Positions 26,548-34,116 of a stretch of DNA of 64,000 nucleotides are shown in pieces. The first letter of the stretch is position 1. Every line of letters starts with the position of its first letter. The translations under genes were made by a program, and so were the position numbers. The notes under the pieces are model-generated. The model saw only the letters and a program-made list of their open reading frames with translations, had not been told where the DNA came from and made no database searches. The DNA lies in assembly GCA_016184455.1 (NCBI GenBank), contig JACPCS010000104.1:13608-77607 (forward strand). The letters are read 5' to 3'. The DNA is from Acidobacteriota bacterium. Its GTDB lineage: Bacteria > Acidobacteriota > Vicinamibacteria > Vicinamibacterales > UBA2999.

Positions 26548-27165
26548 TCACATGTCAGCAGCCGCCCGCGATGCCGACATCGTCCGGCGCTCCAGCCGCG
26601 TGCTCCCGCGGAGCATCCGCGCCCCCACGTGCCCGCCCACGAGCAGTAGTGTCCCGAGCACGAGCACCGCGGCCGCCGTCTCCCAGCCGATGTAGGCGTC
26701 GTAGGCGGTGACGCGTCCCGCCGTGATCGCCACCAGCCAGAAGAGGAGCGTCGCGCCGGCCAGCCGCTTCCCCTTCGCCGACACGCCGCCGTTCGGCGCC
26801 CGACCCTCGAAGACTTCCGTCTGCAGCCACCGCAGGCTCGTGATGGCCAGGGCGATGGCCAGCAGCTTGAGATAGAACGTCGGCATCGTGAGGAACAGCC
26901 GCGCGTCGATCGTCACCAGGAGCACGCCCGTGAAGGCGTTGAGCCAGAAGCCGACCCACATGAGAGGGAAGAGGCTGCCGAGCGGCAGCAGCGCCATGCC
27001 CGGCGCGAACCCGAGCGCCCGCAAGGCCACGGCCGTACTGAGGCCCACGACGAGCGCCAGACCGAACGTGTGAACCGCCAGCACGGTCGCATAGGCAAAG
27101 ACCGTCGGGGACTCCCGCAGCCACACGGCCAAGCTGCTCTGCTCAATCAGCGCCAGGAATTCCAC
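26548..27165 (-). CDS. Integral membrane protein (about 5 TM helices)
   Basis: Its layout is similar to 26005-26529 (AVHTFGLALVVGLSTAVALRALG, LFPLMWVGFWLNAFTGVLLV, LLAIALAITSL, LLFWLVAITAGRV). Confidence 0.6.
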   Translation of the reverse strand: MEFLALIEQSSLAVWLRESPTVFAYATVLAVHTFGLALVVGLSTAVALRALGFAPGMALLPLGSLFPLMWVGFWLNAFTGVLLVTIDARLFLTMPTFYLKLLAIALAITSLRWLQTEVFEGRAPNGGVSAKGKRLAGATLLFWLVAITAGRVTAYDAYIGWETAAAVLVLGTLLLVGGHVGARMLRGSTRLERRTMSASRAAADM

Positions 27166-27423
27166 GGCAGTCTCCCCCTTTGCCTTCCGTTTGAGAGGTC
27201 CGAGAGACCGATGCGCCCACCCTACGACCCGGCCGGCGCGAGGGTCAATAGCGCATTTGCCTCATTTTCGGCGACACGATGTACGCGCCAAGTGGCCAAG
27301 CGTCCACCTCATCCAGAGTCGTAGCTTTCCACGATCGTCTTCCCGTTCGTCGCCTTTAGCGCCTGGTCGAGGAGCCTTCAAACGCCGCGGACAAGCTTCG
27401 TGGCCGTTGCCGCAGCGAACGCG

Positions 27424-27452
27424 TTGACACGATATACAAACATTTGCATAGT
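27424..27452 (+). promoter_or_regulatory. Sigma70-like promoter candidate TTGACA-17 nt-CATAGT in a local AT-rich island
   Basis: TTGACA at 27424-27429, a 17-nt spacer CGATATACAAACATTTG, and CATAGT at 27447-27452. It points into the 3' end of the convergent 27485 gene and no + strand ORF follows. Confidence 0.25.
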
Positions 27453-27484
27453 GGGCGCGGCCTCCGGCGTGACAGGCATTACCG

Positions 27485-29893
27485 CTAATCCATACGCGCT
27501 AATCGATCAGAGTGGCGTGAAGTAGACGGCTGAGGAGAAGCCCGGGTGGCAAGCGGCGCGCTACGTTCCTCCGCGCCACGGTGCAGATCGATTGCGCGCT
27601 CCTCGCGCGCGTCGCGCGCCCCGATGAATGGCGCAAAGGCACTGCTCGGCTCGAACTCTGGAACAATCTGTCGAAGCGTGCCCACCAGTGCCATGACGTC
27701 GCGACGGTCGCACGCGATGCGCAGCGCACGGATCGCCCGGCGAACGGCGCGTCCGTCCGGGATGGGACCGCGGACGCGGCGGATTGAGGGGCGGTCGGTC
27801 GGTTCCACCGTTTCGGCGGGAAACAGTAGCTCCTCGTGCCGCTTTTCGCCAGGACGCAAGCCCGTCAGGAGGACGGGACGGCGACCCGAGGCGACGCCCG
27901 CGCCGTCCATCAGCCTGTGTGCGAGGTCGAGGATGCGTACCGGATCGCCCATGTCGGGCAGAAACAGCTCTCCCTCGCCAACGAGCAGGCCCGCCTCGAG
28001 CAGGAACCTCGCCGCATCCGAAATGGTGATGAAGTAGCGGGTTGCGTGCGGATCGGTGACCGTGAGCGGCCGGCCATCCGCGATCTGCCGCTCGAACAGC
28101 GGCACGACGCTGCCGCTGCTCCCCAGCACGTTTCCGAGCCGCGCGATGCGGAACCTGGTCCCGGACCTGGCACGGCAGCTCAGGAAGACGAGCTCCGCGA
28201 TTCGCTTGCTCACGCCCATCACGCTCGTGGGCGAGACCGCCTTGTCCGTCGAGACGAGCACGCAGGTGCTGACGCCATGGCGGCGCGACAGCGTCGCAAC
28301 GGCGCGACTGCCGAGCGCGTTGTTGCGAATGGCGGTGAAGGGATGCCGTTCCAGGAGCCTGACGTGCTTGTATGCCGCGGCGTGCAGGACGACGTCCGGC
28401 CGGAACTCGCTGAACACGTCGTTCAGGGCCGCCGCGTCCACTACGTCGCCGACGATCGTCACGACGTCCGTGCGGCCGCCGCCGCAGGTGAGCTCCAGCT
28501 CGACCCGGCACAGGTCGTGTTCCGACCGATCGAAAAGCACCAGCCGGCGAGGCCGCACGCCAGCGATCTGCCGCGCCAACTCGCTGCCGATCGTCCCGCC
28601 GCCGCCTGTGATGAGGATCGTGCACCCCTCGCAGACCGGCGCCAGCCTCGACGCATCGGGCGCGGGGCACGGCCGCCCGAGGAGCCGCTCGGCGTCGCGA
28701 TCGCCGTGATCCGATCGGAGTGCGCGGATGATCCGGCTGCGTGCACGTCCGCGGCGGGCGAGCGATCGGACGACATGCACGACGCGGTCCTGGTCGTCCC
28801 GCGGCAGGCAGCTCGAGCTCGGGAGACAGATGCCGCGGCGGTGCAGGTCCTCGGCGACGTCTCCGCCGACGGCTGCCGCGCCGCGGAACAGCGGCTGAAG
28901 ATGAAGAGGCGTCCAGACGGGACGCGCCTCGATGTCGGCCGTCGCGAGGGCGCGCAGCAGCTCGTCGCGGGTCGCGCCGAACGCGCGCGCGTCGATGAGA
29001 AACGCGCTGAGCCAACAGGTCGGCACCCCGTACTCGCACTCCGGCATCGGGACGATGCCGTCCAGATCCGTAAAGGCGGCGCGGTAGACGCGGGCGACTT
29101 CGCGCCGGCGGCGGATGCGCTCGTCGAGCACGCACAGCTGGCCGCAGGCGATGCCCGCGATGACATTGCTCATCCCGTAGTTGTGCCCCAGATCGCGGTG
29201 CTCGTAGGCCGGGCCGGGCTCGCGCGCCTGCGCGGCCCAGTGCTTCGCGCGCTCGATCCAGCGCCGATCCCGCGCGACGAGCAGGCCACCGGCCGAGCCC
29301 GTGATGATCTTGTTGCCGTTCAGCGAGAACACCCCGATGTCGCCGAGCGTCCCGGCCGGACGCCCGCGATACTCGGCTCCAAGCGACTCGGCCGCATCCT
29401 CGAGCACCGGCACGTCGTATTGCCGGCACGCGTCGAGAATCGGTGCCATGTCGGCGCACTGCCCGTACAGGTGGACGACGACGACGGCACGCGGCAGGCG
29501 GTTCCAGCGGGCACGGTCGCCGAGCGCGTCCCGCAGCAGCGCGGGATTCATGTTCCAGGTCGCGCGATCGCTGTCGATGAAGACCGGCTGCGCGCCGAGA
29601 TACAGGATGGGATTGGCCGACGCGACGAACGTCAGCGTCGAACAGAAGACCTCGTCGCCGGCTCCCACCCCGAGCAGGCGCAGCCCCAGATGAATGGCGG
29701 CCGTGCCGCTCGAGACGGCGGCCACGGGCAGCCCGAGCCTCGCCTGACACTCACGTTCGAGCCGATCGACGTTCGGCCCGACGGTCGACAGCCAGTTCGA
29801 CGCGAACGCCTCGCGCACGAACGCCTGCTCGTGGCCGCTCATGTGCGGCACGGAGAGAAAGATGCGCCCTCTCGACTCTGGTGTAGACGTCAT
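27485..29893 (-). CDS. Fusion protein: DegT/DnrJ/EryC1-type aminotransferase (N-terminal) plus CapD/PglF-type NAD-dependent sugar 4,6-dehydratase (C-terminal)
   Basis: N-terminal part: IFLSVPHMSGHEQAFVREAFASNWLSTVGPNV...FSLNGNKIITGSAGG. A ~45-aa linker follows. C-terminal part: TILITGGGGTIGSEL...HAAAYKHV...VSTDKAV.PTSVMGVSKR. There is no stop between the two parts. The start is taken at ATG 29893; the ORF-track N-terminal 169 aa is run-on sequence. Confidence 0.7.
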   Translation of the reverse strand: MTSTPESRGRIFLSVPHMSGHEQAFVREAFASNWLSTVGPNVDRLERECQARLGLPVAAVSSGTAAIHLGLRLLGVGAGDEVFCSTLTFVASANPILYLGAQPVFIDSDRATWNMNPALLRDALGDRARWNRLPRAVVVVHLYGQCADMAPILDACRQYDVPVLEDAAESLGAEYRGRPAGTLGDIGVFSLNGNKIITGSAGGLLVARDRRWIERAKHWAAQAREPGPAYEHRDLGHNYGMSNVIAGIACGQLCVLDERIRRRREVARVYRAAFTDLDGIVPMPECEYGVPTCWLSAFLIDARAFGATRDELLRALATADIEARPVWTPLHLQPLFRGAAAVGGDVAEDLHRRGICLPSSSCLPRDDQDRVVHVVRSLARRGRARSRIIRALRSDHGDRDAERLLGRPCPAPDASRLAPVCEGCTILITGGGGTIGSELARQIAGVRPRRLVLFDRSEHDLCRVELELTCGGGRTDVVTIVGDVVDAAALNDVFSEFRPDVVLHAAAYKHVRLLERHPFTAIRNNALGSRAVATLSRRHGVSTCVLVSTDKAVSPTSVMGVSKRIAELVFLSCRARSGTRFRIARLGNVLGSSGSVVPLFERQIADGRPLTVTDPHATRYFITISDAARFLLEAGLLVGEGELFLPDMGDPVRILDLAHRLMDGAGVASGRRPVLLTGLRPGEKRHEELLFPAETVEPTDRPSIRRVRGPIPDGRAVRRAIRALRIACDRRDVMALVGTLRQIVPEFEPSSAFAPFIGARDAREERAIDLHRGAEERSAPLATRASPQPSTSRHSDRLARMD

Positions 29894-31136
29894 GATGCCT
29901 GTGGCCGCCCGGCTGCGCGACCCATCTGAATGCCGTACCCGTGCTCTCGAGCTGCAGCGCACGCTTGACCAGCAGCCGCTCGCCGAAGGGAACTGCCGCA
30001 AGCGCGCTCGCGATCCGTTCCGATGCGTGTCCGTCGCCGTAAGGATTGGCGAGGCCGGCGAGTGAGGAACGGAATCCATTGGAGGTGACGTGCGCGATCG
30101 CGCGCGCGATGGCCGCGCGGTTGCCGGCCGCCCATACCACGTTGCGGCCGCGCTCGCGGCCGCGCTGCCGCTCGCCGATGTCGACGACGGGTACGCCCAG
30201 CGAGGCCGCCTCCATGATGCCGCTCGAGGAATTTCCCACCAGCGCCGCCGAGGCGCCGAGCAGCGACAAGTACTGCAGGGGAGGAAGATTGGTGACCAGA
30301 CGCGCGTTCGCGCGGCGGGCGCAGAAGGCATCCGCTTCGGCGATGATGGCGCGGCTCCCCGGATCGGCATTCGAAAAGCAGAACACGATCGGAGCGTCAA
30401 TCGACGCGAGCGCTCCGAGTAATGCGCGCGCCTCCTCGAGTGGCAACTCGGCCAGCGTCACCGGGTGGTACGCCACCACCAGCGGCACCGCAGCGCCGTC
30501 GAATGCGAGGCTGCGAAGCAGGGCGGCGGGATCAGGCAGCGGCTCGCGCCGGAGCTGATCGAGCGACGGCGATCCGGTCCACAGAATCCGCCACGGCTCC
30601 TCGCCAGACGCCGCGATGCGCGCGGCCGCTCCCCGCGTGGTGACGAAATGCAGATGCGCCAGCCGGGTCAGCGCATTGCGGACCGCGTCATCGATGGCCC
30701 CCTCGCTGATCTCGCCGCCTTCGATGTGCGCGACCGGAATGCGCATGGTGAGCGCGGCGACCGCCGGTGCAACCGTCTCGTAGCGATCCGCAATGAGGAG
30801 CACGAGATCCGGACGCTCGCGTGCAAACAGGTCGGCAAACCCCAGCATGGCGACGGCCGTCGTTTTCGCGGCCCCGATGCCGGTATCCGACGACAGCAGC
30901 GACTCGATTTGTCCCGCCACCGGAAGACCGTCGCGTTCGATCTCGGCGACCGTGGCGCCGAACTCGGGCGACAGATGCGCGCCGGTCACGTACAGGCGCG
31001 GCTCGAGCCCGGGGCGGTTCGCCATCTCTCGAAGCGGCCAGCGAAGGTGCCCGTAGTCCGCGCGCGAGCTGGTCACCACCCCGATCCGCCTCTTGGCTTT
31101 TTGTATCATTGGCCGTTCGATGGTGGTTTCAGGCAT
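29751..31136 (-). CDS. UDP-N-acetylglucosamine 2-epimerase (hydrolysing, NeuC-like)
   Basis: Motifs IGVVTSSRADYGHL, VAHIEGGE.SEGAIDD, LVGNSSSGIMEA, NPYGDGHASERI. Homology ends near KRALQLE. A ~64-aa non-homologous tail overlaps the next gene's start by ~143 nt. The start is 31136 or 31109. Confidence 0.7.
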   Translation of the reverse strand: MPETTIERPMIQKAKRRIGVVTSSRADYGHLRWPLREMANRPGLEPRLYVTGAHLSPEFGATVAEIERDGLPVAGQIESLLSSDTGIGAAKTTAVAMLGFADLFARERPDLVLLIADRYETVAPAVAALTMRIPVAHIEGGEISEGAIDDAVRNALTRLAHLHFVTTRGAAARIAASGEEPWRILWTGSPSLDQLRREPLPDPAALLRSLAFDGAAVPLVVAYHPVTLAELPLEEARALLGALASIDAPIVFCFSNADPGSRAIIAEADAFCARRANARLVTNLPPLQYLSLLGASAALVGNSSSGIMEAASLGVPVVDIGERQRGRERGRNVVWAAGNRAAIARAIAHVTSNGFRSSLAGLANPYGDGHASERIASALAAVPFGERLLVKRALQLESTGTAFRWVAQPGGHRHHDVYTRVERAHLSLRAAHERPRAGVRARGVRVELAVDRRAERRSART

Positions 31137-31249
31137 CACCGGTACCTTCTCCTCGATTACCGAGGAACCGATCCGACGCTCATGCAATTCGGCGCGTGCG
31201 TGCTTCGCCTCACAGGAACAGGTCGCACCATGAACGGTTATTACGCCGG

Positions 31250-32377
31250 CTATGGTGCTGTCACTGACGATTTGGTCTTCGGCGACGTAACCATCGAACG
31301 TGTATCGCAACTCTGATCGCGGTGCGGCTCCGCGGCAGGTCGAGCGCTAGCGACGACACGGATCGAAACGCTGCCCGACGCGCGCAGCCGTGCCTTGCCG
31401 GCCGCAATCCGCTCGCAGTTCACCTCGTATGACAGCGTCGTCCCACGCGGGATGGCCGGGAGCTGCGGCTGCCGGTAGACGGGATACGCCTCGCTGCGCA
31501 GGTGCGCGAGCATGTGATGGCCGCTGCGCGTGTCGCGTTCGTGCCGCAGCGCGGTCAGGTCGATCGGCGCGACGACGATCCGCTCGCCCGGCCCCGGCGT
31601 GGCCTGCACGAGCACGCGGCCGTCGTAGTCGACCACCTGCGATCCGCCGGGCCACGAATAGGGCGGATAGTGCGCCAGGCTGGCCCCCTGATTGGCGGCC
31701 ACGACGTAAGCCACGTTTTCGAGCGCGCGACAGCGATTGACGACCGTCCACCAGTCGAGCGGGTCCGTCGCGCCCCACGGGTCCATGAAGGCCGACACGC
31801 GGATCAGCACCTCGGCGCCGTTGGCGGCAAGCTGGCGGATGGCTTCGGGAAACAGCCAGTCGTAGCAGATGGCGCACCCCAGACGGCCAATCGGCGTCTC
31901 GGCCACCGGAAAGAGCGGGTCGGCGTAGTCCGCGAGGTCGTGCGGGCTGGTGTGCACTTCGAACGGAATCCACGGGTTGACCTTTCGATACCGGAAGAGC
32001 ATCCCCTCCGGACCGATCAGGCACGACGTGTTGAACACGGCGCCGGGCCACCGCGCGTCCCGCTCGAGCATCGTCCCCGACTGGATGTAGATGTCGTGCC
32101 GCCGCGCGACGGCCGTGAGCCGCTCGGTGTGCTCGTTGGGGATCTCGACCGCCAGATGCCGGAGCAATTCCGGAACCGTGGCGTACACGGGAGCCGCATG
32201 GGCGAATTCGGGAAACACCACCAGGCGCACCGGCAGGAAGGGGCGGCTCCCCGCGACAGCTGCCTCGATCATCTCGAGCATCCGGTCGGTGTTCCGCCGC
32301 ATCTCGGCGCGCTCGCGCGGACCGGTGAGATCGGTCTGGCAGATCGCCGCCGCGTATCGAACGGGCGTGCCCGGCAT
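31250..32377 (-). CDS. Carbon-nitrogen hydrolase (nitrilase/amidase superfamily)
   Basis: Motifs VVFPEFA (catalytic Glu), RYRKVNPW (Lys) and LGCAICYDWLFPE (Cys). The ATG is at 32377. Confidence 0.75.
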   Translation of the reverse strand: MPGTPVRYAAAICQTDLTGPRERAEMRRNTDRMLEMIEAAVAGSRPFLPVRLVVFPEFAHAAPVYATVPELLRHLAVEIPNEHTERLTAVARRHDIYIQSGTMLERDARWPGAVFNTSCLIGPEGMLFRYRKVNPWIPFEVHTSPHDLADYADPLFPVAETPIGRLGCAICYDWLFPEAIRQLAANGAEVLIRVSAFMDPWGATDPLDWWTVVNRCRALENVAYVVAANQGASLAHYPPYSWPGGSQVVDYDGRVLVQATPGPGERIVVAPIDLTALRHERDTRSGHHMLAHLRSEAYPVYRQPQLPAIPRGTTLSYEVNCERIAAGKARLRASGSVSIRVVASARPAAEPHRDQSCDTRSMVTSPKTKSSVTAP

Positions 32378-32400
32378 CGGCCGCTGTTCGTCCACGTGGT

Positions 32401-34116
32401 CTACCGGGTCTGCCTTGTGATGCCGACCGCCGGACGCGGCGCCGGCGGCAGCGCGGGCACGGGAGCCGCGCCCTCTTCGAGGCGGTACTCGCGACCCGCC
32501 GGCAGTTCGCTGAACGTCTGACGTGCGCCGCTCGGCCACTCCACCGTCACCCGCGAAAGGCGCGTATCGGCACCCAGCCCGAAGGTGAGCGCGAGATCGC
32601 TTTGGGAGCAGTAGCTCGAGCCGCTCCGCACCATGTTCCACTGCCGTCCCGACGCACTCTCCACCCGAACGACGGCGCCGATGGCGCTCCGGTTGGAGCG
32701 CGTCCCCGTCAGGCGGAACGTGACCCAGTTGTTTCGATTCCCGCCGTCGTTGCGGTAGACGTACGCCGGCCCGTGATTGGTGGTGATCACGAGATCGGGA
32801 TCGCCGTCGCGGTCGAGATCGCCGTGCGCCGCCCCGCGCGCGACGATGCTTCGGTTGAGCGCGGCGCCGAGCCGCGCGGTCGTGTTCTCGAACCCGCGAC
32901 CGGCCGTGTTCCGGAACACCAACGGCGGCTGCTGGTACTGCACCTTCGGCTGGACGCGGGCGATTTCCTCCTCGATGTGCCCGTTGGCCGCGAAGATGTC
33001 GAGGAACCCGTCGAGGTCGTAGTCGAAGAAGAACACCGCGAAGGCAAGCGTCAGCAGGCTCGCGCGGCCGACGATGCTCGTCGGAGCCTCGTCGACGAAC
33101 ACGCGTCCGTCGTTGTGGTACAGCCCCAGCATCTGGTTCGAGAAGTTGCCGACCAGCAGGTGCGGACGCCCGGAGCGATCGTAATCGGCGGCGTCGACGC
33201 CCATCGCGCTGCGCGCCACGCCGTCTTCGCCGTAGGCCACGCCGGCGCTGATGCCTTCTTCCGTGAAGGTCCCGTTGCGATTGTTGCGGTACAGCTTGTT
33301 GGGCTGCGTATCGTTGGCCACGAAGAGGTCCGGCCACCCGTCGACGTCGTAGTCGAGCACCGACACGCCGAGCGATTTGCTCGTGGGATCGTCGAGGCGC
33401 GCCTGCGCGGTCACGTCCTCGAAGCGCGGTCCGGCGGCGGCGGGTCCCCTGTTTCGAAAGAGCCGCGACACGGTGCCCTTGTACGATTCGGGTGTGCAGT
33501 ACGACTTCGTCTGGCCGTCGAGCGAGCACCACAGATCGCCGGCCGCCTCCCACCGCACGTAGTTGGCAACGAACAGGTCCAGCTGGCCGTCGCGATCGAA
33601 ATCGAGCCAGGCGGCACTGGTGCCGAAGCTCGCATTGGCGATCCCGGACGCCGCCGTCGCGTCGACGAAGCGCCCGTTGCCGACGTTGCGGAACAGGCGG
33701 TCGCCCTCGAGCGCCGTCAGGTACAGATCGTCGCGGCCGTCGTTGTCGTAGTCGCCGACGGCGACACCCATCCCGTACACCTCGATATCGAGCCCGCTGC
33801 CACGGGAAATGTCGGCAAAGGTGCCGTCGCCGTTGTTTCGGTAGAGGGCCTGGAGCGGCCGGCGTCCGCCGCGGGTCCAGCTCCGGCCGTTGACGAGAAA
33901 GATGTCGAGCCAGCCGTCGCCGTCCGCGTCGAAGATCGCGGTGCCGGATCCGAGCGTCTCCGGCAGCCATTTCCTGCCGGCGCGGCCGCTGTTGTGGACG
34001 AAGCGGACGCCGGAAGACGCCGTGATGTCGGTGAACTGCACGGGGACATCCGACGCGCCCGACACGATCGCGGAGGCGGCCACCGCCGCGGCCAGAGCCG
34101 ACGCGAGCGGCCTCAC
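32401..34116 (-). CDS. CRTAC1-family protein (FG-GAP/VCBS repeats plus ASPIC/UnbV domain), copy a
   Basis: Repeated FDADGDGWLDIF, GDYDNDGRDDLY, LDFDRDGQLDLF, LDYDVDGWPDLF. The C-terminal ...NRSAIGAVVRV....GSSYCSQSD...FGLG is ASPIC/UnbV-like. A GTGA overlap couples its start to the upstream gene's stop. Confidence 0.8.
   Translation of the reverse strand: MRPLASALAAAVAASAIVSGASDVPVQFTDITASSGVRFVHNSGRAGRKWLPETLGSGTAIFDADGDGWLDIFLVNGRSWTRGGRRPLQALYRNNGDGTFADISRGSGLDIEVYGMGVAVGDYDNDGRDDLYLTALEGDRLFRNVGNGRFVDATAASGIANASFGTSAAWLDFDRDGQLDLFVANYVRWEAAGDLWCSLDGQTKSYCTPESYKGTVSRLFRNRGPAAAGPRFEDVTAQARLDDPTSKSLGVSVLDYDVDGWPDLFVANDTQPNKLYRNNRNGTFTEEGISAGVAYGEDGVARSAMGVDAADYDRSGRPHLLVGNFSNQMLGLYHNDGRVFVDEAPTSIVGRASLLTLAFAVFFFDYDLDGFLDIFAANGHIEEEIARVQPKVQYQQPPLVFRNTAGRGFENTTARLGAALNRSIVARGAAHGDLDRDGDPDLVITTNHGPAYVYRNDGGNRNNWVTFRLTGTRSNRSAIGAVVRVESASGRQWNMVRSGSSYCSQSDLALTFGLGADTRLSRVTVEWPSGARQTFSELPAGREYRLEEGAAPVPALPPAPRPAVGITRQTR

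Noticed and set aside
27485-30400. 971-aa, 965-aa (31250-34147) and 1510-aa (37650-42182) giant ORFs
   Set aside because: In each case the N-terminal extension is out-of-frame run-on through the upstream gene. Internal start codons that coincide with 4-nt stop/start overlaps and with the onset of homology give the shorter calls used here.
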